53,524 nt of DNA from Anaerovoracaceae bacterium (lineage in GTDB: Bacteria; Bacillota; Clostridia; Peptostreptococcales; Anaerovoracaceae): the NCBI GenBank assembly GCA_963648085.1, contig CAVJDC010000001.1, positions 1 to 53,524 of the forward strand, in the 5' to 3' direction. The position numbers and the translations under genes are program-made. Below are positions 18,069 to 27,195 of the stretch, piece after piece; within the stretch, counting starts at the first letter, position 1; each line of letters starts with the position of its first letter. The notes beneath the pieces are model-generated. The model was not told the origin of the DNA and searched no databases. It saw only the letters and a list, made by a program, of their open reading frames with translations.

Positions 18069-19976
18069 ATGATGACAAAATGCAGAAAATTTTTATCTGT
18101 CCTGCTGGTGCTATGTATGACTATTTCTATGTTGACAGGATATAGTATGAGTGCAAGTGCAGAGGATGAGGAAAATAATGTAACTACAATCTACTGGGTT
18201 AGTGAGAAAAATGCATCTTATTCGAATCCTGAAGGTACAGGTGATATTATATCTCTTTCAAGTCTTCCTGACGGCACGTACAGAATCGACGCAGAATCAT
18301 TCGAAAAAGGCGGAATTCTGTCAAGCTTATGTATCGGAGCAGCCACAGGAACCGATTATGTCAAAGTATATATACCAGACGGAGCAGGGATTGCAGAAAT
18401 AAGAAACGGTGATGAAAATGGCTCAGCAAAAGGAGCATCGGAATTTATAATCGATGCGGAGGGTGGAACAGTTTATGAGTCATCCGACCACTTTTCCCGC
18501 GGCACTGCGCTTTTCAGATACAATATAAGCGATGATGTACTTAATGCAGATGGCGTGAAATATAATACCAAATTTGTAGTACAAAATATGCATCTTGTCC
18601 TGACTGCAGATGTAAGAAGTGATGCTCAAAAGGATACAGTAATCTTTGATGTAGAAAAGACAAAGTCATTTGAGTTATATAATGTAACTGTGACAGGATG
18701 CAAAAATATGGCAGAAGATGGAAACGTGGTGCAAGCTCCGTATGAAACAAGATTTGATAATGTATGTTTTGATGCAGCGACTCAGGCATGTATAGCATAT
18801 TCGAAACGAAATACAAGCAATAAAATTTATATTTACTCATGTGACTTCAGTTCGTGTACAAAAAATGCAATCGCCAGGCCGAAAGGTTCTTATGTAGGCA
18901 ATTTTGATGTTATTTTTGTTCCAACAGGTGAGGTAAATATAAATGGCAAAATCCAAGGACGTGTCATTTTAGGCATAGACGAAAAAAACCCAGTCGCTCC
19001 AGTCGCTATTATAGTGGATGATAAGGCAGTGTCCATTCCGGCATATGGTGGAGATCTTTTTGACTTTAGAGGTAATGAAAAGAACTTCAGAATCACACTT
19101 CTCACATCCTATGCCGCATCTGTTTCCGGTGATAGAGAAGGATATGCAGTCGGTGAAACAGTTAATGTTACGGCCGCTTTTACTCCAACTGATGCAGACA
19201 TTCTTGCAAGTGGTGAGTTGAAATTCAGTTACGATAAAGATAAATTGGATTTCTTGTCAGTATCTTCAAATGAGTCACTTCTAGGTAACGATGCACGGGC
19301 AACCTGTGATGAAAATAATGCTGTCTGCACTGCGTCATTTAAGACTGCTTCCGGCAGCGAGATCAACGCAGAAAAAGGCAAACAAATCATTCTTGCAACC
19401 TTCAGTTTTATTGCAAAAAAAGCAGGAACGGCTGCTTTCACTGTGACTAAAGCTGCTGCATCTGCAAAGGAAGACGTTCGCGGGAGAGTTGCTATAAAGC
19501 CAGCAAGCGCAGCAAGTATCGATATTTTGCAAAGCAGAATCAGCACAAGCAAATTCGCAGCAGATTATGTGATGCTCAAATATACTGCTGCGGCAAAGCC
19601 TTCTGAGGGCAATGCATATTTTGTCGGCGATACAGCTCTGACATATGTTCCTGCATATGCAGAAAGAAATGACGAGTATGTTTTCGTAGCTCTTTATCAA
19701 GAAAAGAATGTCCCGACTTCACCTGAAGCAGAAGAAAAAACAGGTACTTACACAATCATCGATTCGGCGACAGGAGATGCAAATCACGACGGAGCGACAA
19801 ATATAGCAGACACTCAGACAGTCATGTACATGACCAGAAGCACATTCAACAGCAAAACAACTGGCTTAGATTGGCTGAACAGTGATGTGAATGGCGATGG
19901 GGTGGTAAATTCACTTGATGCTAAGGCTATCCAATATTATGCTCACTACAAGAAATTTGGCGAGTTTAGTAATTAA
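18069..19976 (+). CDS. Secreted protein: signal peptide, beta-helix-like region, cohesin-like domain, conserved spacer (X-like), dockerin; paralogue of the C-terminal half of the 9417-13223 product
   Basis: 635 aa, starting 24 bp after the 13413 gene with SD aaaagga. Signal peptide: ...LTGYSMSASAEDE. Cohesin-like block: YAVGETVNVTAAFTP...GELKFSYDKDKLDF...IILATFSFIAKKAGTAAFTV. Dockerin loops: DANHDGATNIAD and DVNGDGVVNSLD. Confidence 0.9.
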   Translation: MMTKCRKFLSVLLVLCMTISMLTGYSMSASAEDEENNVTTIYWVSEKNASYSNPEGTGDIISLSSLPDGTYRIDAESFEKGGILSSLCIGAATGTDYVKVYIPDGAGIAEIRNGDENGSAKGASEFIIDAEGGTVYESSDHFSRGTALFRYNISDDVLNADGVKYNTKFVVQNMHLVLTADVRSDAQKDTVIFDVEKTKSFELYNVTVTGCKNMAEDGNVVQAPYETRFDNVCFDAATQACIAYSKRNTSNKIYIYSCDFSSCTKNAIARPKGSYVGNFDVIFVPTGEVNINGKIQGRVILGIDEKNPVAPVAIIVDDKAVSIPAYGGDLFDFRGNEKNFRITLLTSYAASVSGDREGYAVGETVNVTAAFTPTDADILASGELKFSYDKDKLDFLSVSSNESLLGNDARATCDENNAVCTASFKTASGSEINAEKGKQIILATFSFIAKKAGTAAFTVTKAAASAKEDVRGRVAIKPASAASIDILQSRISTSKFAADYVMLKYTAAAKPSEGNAYFVGDTALTYVPAYAERNDEYVFVALYQEKNVPTSPEAEEKTGTYTIIDSATGDANHDGATNIADTQTVMYMTRSTFNSKTTGLDWLNSDVNGDGVVNSLDAKAIQYYAHYKKFGEFSN

Positions 19977-20064
19977 TTTGCCACATTTAGCGACCAAATT
20001 TTATCGAGTCTGGCAGCGAATGAGTTTATTGTAAACTTGCCGTGTAGGTTCAAATCAAAATTAG

Positions 20065-20109
20065 AGCACCTAAGGTGACCTCGAAAGGGCAGCCTTAGGT
20101 GCTATTTTT
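20065..20109 (+). terminator. Rho-independent terminator ending the 13413-19976 transcription unit
   Basis: An 11-bp perfect stem (agcacctaagg / ccttaggtgct) with a 17-nt loop is followed by attttta. Confidence 0.8.
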
Positions 20110-20374
20110 AAGGAATTCACGCAGGGCCGGGTCTATACTAGAAAAATTCAGGCAGTGAAAAAATCCCAAATCTTTAAACACACAAACTATAAGCAGAAAA
20201 ATAATTTGTATGCAATGATACAATATTATTGATTTATTTTTAATAGATGTTAAACTATAAGTGGTTGGAAATAATGTCAGAGAGCAGCATGCATAAGCAC
20301 GAATCTAGAGGCAAGATGCACTCGAGAATAAAGGGTTATGGGACGAGCGCAGAGGCTGTAATCGCAGCATGCGG

Positions 20375-20468
20375 CTTGTAGATTTCAGCTCGCGCTTGCA
20401 GATTGCAGATTGCAGATTTCGGCTCGCAATTGCAGATTGCAGATTTCAGCTTGCAGCTTTTGCAATTG
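20375..20468. repeat. Intergenic compound repeat (units ~20-34 bp with nested ttgcaga heptamers) upstream of thiolase
   Basis: Reiterations: cttgtagatttcagctcgcg / cttgcagattgcagattgcagatttcggctcgca / attgcagattgcagatttcagcttgca. Confidence 0.8.
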
Positions 20469-20529
20469 ATATGTGACATTTTCCTGCCAGTATAAAGGTA
20501 AATCCCCCGTTGACGAAGGAGGTACAGAC

Positions 20530-21708
20530 ATGAAGGAAGTTGTTATAGTAAGTGCAGTAAGAACACCGATTGGCCGTTTTGGAAAGTCACTAAATGGTGT
20601 AGGTGCTGTAGATCTTGGTGCTGCAGCTATGAAGGAAGCTGTCAAGCGTGCAGGAATCGAGCCAGAGCAGATTGATGAAGTTGTCTTCGGATGCGTACTC
20701 CAGGCAGGTCAGGGGCAGAGTGTTGCCAGACTTGCAGCTATGGGAGCAGGGATTCCAAAGGAAGTACCTGCCTTTACGATAAACAAAATGTGCGGCTCAG
20801 GTCTGAGATCTGTCAGCCTCGCAGCACAGATGATCAAGGCAGGGGATGCAGATATCGTCCTTGCAGGCGGCACAGAATCTATGTCTATGGCGCCATATCT
20901 CGTTCCAAAGACAAGATGGGGCGCACGTATGGGAAATACAGTTATGGAAGATGCGATGCTCAAGGATGGCCTGACAGATACATTCAGCGGACTTCATATG
21001 GGTATCACAGCAGAAAATGTTGCAGAGCAGTGGGATATATCAAGAGAAGCTATGGATGATTTTTCATATCAGTCACAGCAGAAGGCTGAGGCTGCTATCA
21101 AGGCAGGAAAATTTAAGGACGAGATCGTTCCTGTTGAAGTTCCACAGTGGGATGGAAGCAAGGTTACAGTAGACACAGACGAGCATCCTATTTTTGGAAT
21201 CGGAAGAGAAGCATTTGATGGTGCAAAGCCTGCTTTCAAGGCTGATGGAAAAGTTACAGCATTGAACGCTTCAGGTATAAATGATGGAGCTTCCGCTCTT
21301 ATAGTTATGTCTGCAGAAAAGGCAGAAGAGCTTGGCATCAAGCCTATGTGCAAGATAAAGTCATATGCTTCAGCAGGAGTAGAGCCTTCAATCATGGGTA
21401 TAGGACCTGTCCCCGCTACTAGAAAGGCACTTGAAAAGGCAGGCCTTGACCTCGCAGATATCGACCTCATCGAAGCAAATGAAGCATTTGCAGCACAGTC
21501 ACTCGCAGTAGGCAAGGATCTTGGTTTTGATCCAGAAAAGCTAAATGTAAATGGCGGAGCAATAGCACTCGGACATCCTATCGGTGCATCAGGTGCCAGA
21601 ATCCTGACATCACTCCTTTACGAAATGGAAAGAAGAGGCTCAAAGTATGGTCTTGCTACACTTTGCATCGGCGGCGGCATGGGAACTGCTATGATCGTTG
21701 AAAAATAA
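20530..21708 (+). CDS. thl: Acetyl-CoA C-acetyltransferase (thiolase II)
   Basis: I chose the ATG at 20530 because SD gaaggagg lies 7-8 nt upstream and [18 protein letters not shown] is the canonical thiolase N-terminus. Other motifs: [10 protein letters not shown] (active-site Cys), [18 protein letters not shown]. The ORF-track start at 20473 is a spurious extension. Confidence 0.95.
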   Translation: MKEVVIVSAVRTPIGRFGKSLNGVGAVDLGAAAMKEAVKRAGIEPEQIDEVVFGCVLQAGQGQSVARLAAMGAGIPKEVPAFTINKMCGSGLRSVSLAAQMIKAGDADIVLAGGTESMSMAPYLVPKTRWGARMGNTVMEDAMLKDGLTDTFSGLHMGITAENVAEQWDISREAMDDFSYQSQQKAEAAIKAGKFKDEIVPVEVPQWDGSKVTVDTDEHPIFGIGREAFDGAKPAFKADGKVTALNASGINDGASALIVMSAEKAEELGIKPMCKIKSYASAGVEPSIMGIGPVPATRKALEKAGLDLADIDLIEANEAFAAQSLAVGKDLGFDPEKLNVNGGAIALGHPIGASGARILTSLLYEMERRGSKYGLATLCIGGGMGTAMIVEK

Positions 21709-21751
21709 AGACCTCTGATGCGATATCGCAAAAGATTTTGACAGAGACGAA

Positions 21752-21781
21752 AGCCTCGGGGCGCTGCTCCGGGGCTTTTTG
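21752..21781 (+). terminator. Rho-independent terminator after thiolase
   Basis: A GC-rich 10-bp stem (agcctcgggg / ctccggggct, two G-U pairs) with a 5-nt loop is followed by ttttt. Confidence 0.7.
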
Positions 21782-21825
21782 AAACAGCAGCAAGGCGGCA
21801 AATTGACGGGGGAGTGAGGCAGCCA

Positions 21826-23013
21826 ATGGAAAAGAGAATCAATCTAAAAGCTTATGCAAAGATAAATCTTTCGCTTGACGTGACTGGACGCAGGGAAGAC
21901 GGATATCATGAAGTTGCAATGGTGATGCAAGCAATCAATCTATATGATGAAGTGAGCGTAATCCTTAAATCAAAGACGGGTGGAGCATATGATAATGATG
22001 ATAATACATGCATCGAAGCATCTTATGAAGCATCTTATGGAGAAATCAACTTACATTTTCAGGCTGGGAAAGATTGGAATGGCGATATAGAGGAGATACC
22101 ATGTGACGGGCGAAATACAGCATATAAAGCTGCCGAAATCATGCTCGAAGAGTTTCAAAGATTTAGGAGCTTCGATGCAGAGACTAGAGCAGAGACTAGA
22201 AGAACTGAAGCCGCAAATGCAGATGAAGGCGCTGGAATTTCGACACGAGGAAATGCAGCTGTGTACACAGACCTCGAGACAGGCGATAAGGCAGATATAT
22301 GCATCGAGGCGGATAATAAGGCAGATACAGACATCGAGACATGTGATAAGTCTGATGTGGATATTGAGATAAATATTGTCAAAAATATTCCTATGGCGGC
22401 GGGCCTTGCGGGAGGAAGTGCAGACGCAGCAGGAGTGATCATGGCACTAAACAAGATGCTGGGGCTTGATTTTTCCCTTACAAGACTTTGCGAGCTGGCA
22501 GTTCGCGTCGGTGCAGATGTACCATTTTGTATTATGGCAGTCGCAGCCGTATATGGTAAAGAGCTTGGAATTGGCGGAGGTACGACATGTGCACTTGCTG
22601 AAGGAATCGGGGAAGTACTCACTCCACTTCGCAGCGTAAAATTTGACGTTATACTAGCCAAGCCTCCAGTGTCGGTATCTACAAAGACGATCTATACAAT
22701 GCTCGATTCAACTCAGATTAACCGTCATCCAAACAACGCAAAGCTCATAAAAGGATTGGATACAGGTTCATTTGGCCTTATCAAAGAATCTATGTACAAT
22801 GTACTTGAACCAGTTACATTTGATATTGTGCCTCAGAGCGAAACACTCAAGGAGCAGATGTCAGGCCGCGCCAGCTTTGCGGTCATGATGAGCGGAAGCG
22901 GACCGACAGTATTTTCACTCTATACAGACAGGAAAAGTGCCATCGCAGCAGAAAAAAACCTTCGTAAGCTCAAGGAAGAAGGATATTCTGTCATATTGAC
23001 AGAGACATTGTAG
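21826..23013 (+). CDS. ispE: 4-diphosphocytidyl-2-C-methyl-D-erythritol kinase (IspE) with unusually long acidic insertions
   Basis: N-terminal motif KAYAKINLSLDVTGRREDGYHEV. GHMP-kinase motif IPMAAGLAGGSADAAG. C-terminal motif MSGSGPTVF. I prefer the ATG at 21826 over the GTG at 21814, which abuts the SD. At 395 aa it is about 100 aa longer than typical IspE proteins. Confidence 0.85.
   Translation: MEKRINLKAYAKINLSLDVTGRREDGYHEVAMVMQAINLYDEVSVILKSKTGGAYDNDDNTCIEASYEASYGEINLHFQAGKDWNGDIEEIPCDGRNTAYKAAEIMLEEFQRFRSFDAETRAETRRTEAANADEGAGISTRGNAAVYTDLETGDKADICIEADNKADTDIETCDKSDVDIEINIVKNIPMAAGLAGGSADAAGVIMALNKMLGLDFSLTRLCELAVRVGADVPFCIMAVAAVYGKELGIGGGTTCALAEGIGEVLTPLRSVKFDVILAKPPVSVSTKTIYTMLDSTQINRHPNNAKLIKGLDTGSFGLIKESMYNVLEPVTFDIVPQSETLKEQMSGRASFAVMMSGSGPTVFSLYTDRKSAIAAEKNLRKLKEEGYSVILTETL
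22270..22368 (+). repeat. In-frame degenerate 30-33-bp tandem repeat x ~3.3 inside ispE, encoding D(L/I)ETxDKxD-type acidic units
   Basis: Units: gacctcgagacaggcgataaggcagatatatgc / atcgaggcggataataaggcagatacagac / atcgagacatgtgataagtctgatgtggat / attgag... Two perfect 12-bp duplications lie elsewhere in the gene, at 22015-22038 (EASYEASY) and 22177-22200 (AETRAETR). Confidence 0.8.
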
Positions 23014-23180
23014 GGGTGAGCTTTTTAAGGTATAAAATAAGCAGATCGATTTGATATGTCGCTAGCACTAAAACTAAATAAGAAATTAATTGCGACACAA
23101 TTGTAAAGCAAAATGTTGAAAAATGCTTTACGCTGTGTTCCAGTATATATACCAAAAGGTACAAGAAGGGAGTGAATAGT

Positions 23181-23444
23181 ATGGCACAGTCTATGGTTAA
23201 TTTTCGTATGGACTCCGATTTAAAAAAATCAATGGAGCAAACTTGCCAGGAAATGGGAATGTCAATGACTACTGCATTTACAATCTTTGCCAAAAAGGTC
23301 AGCAGAGAAAAACGTATACCTTTCGAAGTTTCAGCAGATTCTTTTTATTCTGAAAACAATATAAGATATTTAAGCAAGGTTATTTCAGATATTGAATCAG
23401 GAAAAGTAAGACTGACAGAACATAGTTTGATTGAAGAGGACTAA
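23181..23444 (+). CDS. RelB/DinJ-family type II antitoxin-like protein (no adjacent toxin gene)
   Basis: 87 aa from the ATG at 23181, with SD agaagggag 8 nt upstream. VNFRMDSDLKKSMEQTCQEMGMSMTTAFTIFAKKVSREKRIPFEV matches the ribbon-helix-helix DinJ/RelB pattern (RxDxxLK...G...S.A...F...V......PF). Confidence 0.7.
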   Translation: MAQSMVNFRMDSDLKKSMEQTCQEMGMSMTTAFTIFAKKVSREKRIPFEVSADSFYSENNIRYLSKVISDIESGKVRLTEHSLIEED

Positions 23445-23663
23445 AATAACCAAAAGTGATGTCGCATGGTTGATAAAGACTGTGTGGGGTCACTTTTTTT
23501 TGATATTGTATTATTTCGCATCTTGTATACACAGTACAATTCGATTATAATGATAAATAAGAATGTCTTGTCTTGGGCATTCAGAAACTAAATAGATGCT
23601 AATAAAGATATGAAATTATTAAAGCGAATTGATGCCTTTGGTGAAGTGCACCAATGCCGAGAC

Positions 23664-23796
23664 GATGCTTCTGAGGCAGATTCTAAATGATGGAATGATG
23701 CTTCTGAGGCAGATTCTCAGTGCTGAACTGATGCTTCTGATGCAGAGTCTTGGCATTGAGCAGATGTCCTTTGATGAAGAGCCTCGGCGTTGATCC
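23664..23796. repeat. Intergenic tandem repeat, 33-bp unit x 4 (decaying) upstream of the GntR gene
   Basis: gatgcttctgaggcagattct... units start at 23664, 23697, 23730 and 23763, an exact 33-bp period. The last copy is diverged. Confidence 0.85.
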
Positions 23797-23914
23797 GAAG
23801 CTTTCGATGCAGTTTTATTAGACAGCTGCTTGCAAATATGTGCATGCGCCCCTCATGGGATGTTTAAGGTTTTCGATTAGCTTTAAAATAGAGTATGAAT
23901 AGGAGAGTGCGAAA

Positions 23915-24586
23915 GTGATTAGTATTAATGTTCAGCAGCATAAGCCGCTTAGGGAATTGGTTTATGATCAGCTCAGAATGCTTATTATGACAGGAAACAT
24001 CAAGCCTGGCACAAGAATGATGGAAATTGAGCTTGCGGAAAGTATGGGAGTGAGCAGAACTCCAGTTCGTGAAGCTATCAGACAGCTCGAAAAGGATGGT
24101 CTCGTGACTATCGAAGCGAGACGTGGGGCATATGTTTCAGACATATCACCAAATGATTTTGACAATATGATGATAGTGAGAGAACCGCTTGAAGGTCTTG
24201 CAGCATATCTGGCAACCCAAAATATGACAGAAGACCAAATCGCAGAGCTTAGAGCTGCTTCCGCAAGATGCAGAGAAGCTATCGAGCATGGAAATCAAGA
24301 AGAACTCACAGAAGCTGACCAAAAGTTCCATGATCTGATAAATCAAGGCAGCGGAAATAGATATCTGATTTCGTTATGCCACGACTTGCAAGAGAAGGTC
24401 ACAAGATTTAGATATATTTATTTTAAGTCAAGCAAGCGTGCCCAGGATATTACGGAGGAACACAGCACTATACTTGAAGCAATTGAAAGAAGAGATGCTG
24501 ATGCAGCAAGAGACTGCACCATCAGACATATAGAAAATCTCAGACAAGCGATAAAAAATGATGAGGACTTCAATCCAATCAGATAG
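23915..24586 (+). CDS. GntR-family transcriptional regulator (FadR subfamily, FCD C-terminal domain)
   Basis: GTG start with SD aggagag 7 nt upstream. The winged-HTH segment is ELAESMGVSRTPVREAIRQLEKDGLV. The helical C-terminal domain carries His/Asp residues typical of FCD domains. Confidence 0.9.
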   Translation: MISINVQQHKPLRELVYDQLRMLIMTGNIKPGTRMMEIELAESMGVSRTPVREAIRQLEKDGLVTIEARRGAYVSDISPNDFDNMMIVREPLEGLAAYLATQNMTEDQIAELRAASARCREAIEHGNQEELTEADQKFHDLINQGSGNRYLISLCHDLQEKVTRFRYIYFKSSKRAQDITEEHSTILEAIERRDADAARDCTIRHIENLRQAIKNDEDFNPIR

Positions 24587-24666
24587 CTGAGGACAAAAAA
24601 TTAACTGCTGCACTCTCGTGACTTTGATCGTGCGATACTTCATGGCATGAAAACTAAGGAGGCAAT

Positions 24667-25821
24667 ATGAGCGAATACAAGACAGACAGATCCTTTGAAA
24701 TAGGACCTATCAGACCTCCAAGTGAGGCATCAAGCCTGCTGCTTCAGATCACGCAGGGATGCACGTGGAATAAGTGCCGATTCTGTACAGTTTACAGAGG
24801 ATCGACATTTCATGTGATAAAGCCTGATGATGTTAAAAAGAACATAGACAGCATGGCTTACTTCCGCGATATCATAAGTGATGCTGCTTCATCGGACGGC
24901 AGGATTGTCAAGGAGAAGCTATATGCTCACATTGAAAAATTCACGCAGAGTGAGCTCGAGTGCTTTTATATGGTCTACAATTGGCTGGCAAGTGGAGGCG
25001 AATCAGTATTTCTTCAAGACGGAAATTCCATAGCCCTGAAGCCAGAAAAGCTCGCAGATATACTTATATATCTTAGAGAAAAATTTCCTCATATAAAGCG
25101 AGTGACGACATATGGCAGGGCAGAGACTCTTTCAAGATGGTCATTAGAGCAATGGAAGCTTTTGAGAGAAAGCGGTCTTGACCGCATACATTCAGGCTTC
25201 GAGTCAGGCTCCGACAATGTCCTTAGGATGATAAACAAAGGATTGACACAAGAACAGCAAATAGACGGCGGAAGAAAGATAAAAGAAGCTGGAATGGAGC
25301 TGTCCGTGTATTTCATGCCAGGAATCGGAGGCAAGGAATTTACAGAAGAAAACGCACACGATACAGCATATGTAGTAAATCAGATAAATCCTGATTTTGT
25401 AAGACTGAGGACATTTGTATTGAAGCTGGAATCTGAGATGCTTGGCATGCTGCAGAGTGGCGAATTTACAGAATTGTCTGACATTGAGAAGCTTAGAGAG
25501 ATACGAGATCTCGTGGCATTTATCGAGACTACGCAAACTCATGTAGTCAGCGACCACATAGTGAATCTTGTCGGTTCCCTTGCACATCCTATAAGTGAAA
25601 AAGAGACGATGCTCGCAACGATAGATGAGATATTGAATCTGCCGCAGCATGAGCAGAGAATGTATCAGCTTGCTCGTCGCTATGGGATGGTTGAGGAATA
25701 TAAGCATATGAGTGCGGTTTCACCATCGCAGCGCAGCAGATTTGAATCTATTATCGAAAAAAATCCTCAGCCAGAGCAATGGGAGTCCTACCTCAATGCA
25801 ATTCTCCGGAGGTATGTCTAA
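24667..25821 (+). CDS. Radical SAM enzyme (function unknown), probably co-transcribed with the GntR regulator
   Basis: 384 aa with SD aaggagg upstream. N-terminal segment IGPIRPPSEASSLLLQITQGCTWNKCRFCTVY carries the Cys cluster (C-x4-C-x2-C spacing). It starts 80 bp after the GntR stop. Confidence 0.85.
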   Translation: MSEYKTDRSFEIGPIRPPSEASSLLLQITQGCTWNKCRFCTVYRGSTFHVIKPDDVKKNIDSMAYFRDIISDAASSDGRIVKEKLYAHIEKFTQSELECFYMVYNWLASGGESVFLQDGNSIALKPEKLADILIYLREKFPHIKRVTTYGRAETLSRWSLEQWKLLRESGLDRIHSGFESGSDNVLRMINKGLTQEQQIDGGRKIKEAGMELSVYFMPGIGGKEFTEENAHDTAYVVNQINPDFVRLRTFVLKLESEMLGMLQSGEFTELSDIEKLREIRDLVAFIETTQTHVVSDHIVNLVGSLAHPISEKETMLATIDEILNLPQHEQRMYQLARRYGMVEEYKHMSAVSPSQRSRFESIIEKNPQPEQWESYLNAILRRYV

Positions 25822-26000
25822 TATTACAGAAAAAAGACATTGTTTTTTCTATAACAACAAGATTTCTTTATATAATCATCACAAAAGAGGTTTAATATAT
25901 AAACCGTAGCAAGGAGAAGAGCAACTCCTAGTTACAAATTCTTTTCATAAAAATCTCTCCAACAAAAATCAAAAGTAGAACAGAACCAAAACAAATGCTG

Positions 26001-26036
26001 ACAACAGCGAGGTGAACTCCTTCACCTCGCTGTTGT
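26001..26036. other. Strong 16-bp hairpin of ambiguous orientation in a gene-less region
   Basis: acaacagcgaggtgaa / ttcacctcgctgttgt with a 4-nt loop. No T-run follows on the + strand. A moderately T-rich tail (catttgttttgg) follows on the - strand. Confidence 0.6.
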
Positions 26037-26136
26037 TACGTATAATCACAGATAATATCCCCGACAAATCACACGGGTGTCATTCCGAATCATCCAATCT
26101 GAAGAATCTCAAATATCGAACAGCAAGATAATAGCT

Positions 26137-26181
26137 GCCGCATCTGTTGATTTGATAAATCAACAGATGCGGCATTTTTAT
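26137..26181 (+). terminator. Rho-independent terminator-like element with no recognisable upstream gene
   Basis: A 17-bp perfect stem (gccgcatctgttgattt / aaatcaacagatgcggc) with a 3-nt loop is followed by atttttatt. Confidence 0.65.
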
Positions 26182-26300
26182 TATAAAGAATGAATGTACA
26201 TACACGCAAGAATACTCAAAAGACGTTAGTATATCAAGAAACGTCAAACAACTATGTGACGAAATTATGACAAATGTGTTTGATTTACGAAAAGTAATTA

Positions 26301-26329
26301 TTGACAATGATAAAACAGTACATTAAAAT
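26301..26329 (+). promoter_or_regulatory. Near-consensus sigma-A-type promoter candidate (TTGACA-17 nt-TAAAAT), orphan
   Basis: TTGACA at 26301-26306, an exactly 17-nt spacer, and TAAAAT at 26324-26329. The nearest downstream + strand gene starts 1.2 kb away at 27532. Confidence 0.35.
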
Positions 26330-27195
26330 ATATGTGAGTTGGAAATAGTTGCACAAGAATAAAAAGAATATGTTCTGCATACACTAAATTCGCAATTCGC
26401 ATTTTCCGTTAAAAGGAAATGTCTATAAACTTGCTGCGCTTAATTTATTAATAATGGGTCAATGTTCGTATAAAACAGCGAGCGAAGGCTCTTTTTGTTG
26501 TTATATCGAGTGCGACTTTGCATTTTGGCAAGGTAAAATCCTGTTTTGAAAGGGGGCTTGCGTATTTTTTGGAAATAGAGTGCTTTTAGAATGGTAAATA
26601 TATAAAGGCTCGGCACCCAGGTATTTTTGGTTCTTCACGTTTTTCTCGGGGATTTCATATAAAAAAGTCTGAGTTTTTATACATTTATCATTCAGCACAT
26701 GGCCATATGGTCAGATACGCAGCTTATGCGGTGCTGCGTATGCTTGCCGTATGACTGGATTTCAAAAGAAATGCATGTTGGATATGGACAGAATCATCGC
26801 TTTCCTTTGTGATTCCGCCCGTATCATGCTATGGAATGGTTGTCCGCAATGGCATAAGATGCATCTTTCGTATGACTGGTATATGTGACCTATGTATCAT
26901 CATTTTATATCGCACTTGGTGACATATGTGACAGGATGCAAGTTATCGAAAGATGGAATGCTTTAAAAAGCTGTGATACATGGTCGCCATGTAATGCCAC
27001 GACATGGTGATTCTCACACTATAGGAAGCATTATACGTGAGGCTGAATATTTGCTTCAGATGTCAGAGGGAGATCGCAAGACAGCAAAATCGCAGCTGCT
27101 GCGAAGTAAGTCTGATACCTCGGCAAATTGAAAGCGGATCCGCTTATATCCAAATGAACCATCACCTAGTAAGAACGTGTGCATATCTAGCTCGG

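Noticed and set aside
20473-20529. N-terminal extension of thiolase from the ORF-track start at 20473
   Set aside because: The extension ([19 protein letters not shown]) runs through the SD gaaggagg. The canonical thiolase N-terminus [15 protein letters not shown] begins at the ATG at 20530.
26936-27131. Possible frameshifted HicA-like toxin remnant
   Set aside because: The resemblance rests on a few residues (VIERWNAL..., MPRHGDSHTIGSIIREAEY) in frames of under 60 codons. I cannot support it as a feature without an HMM comparison. It is mentioned only within the gene-less-region finding.
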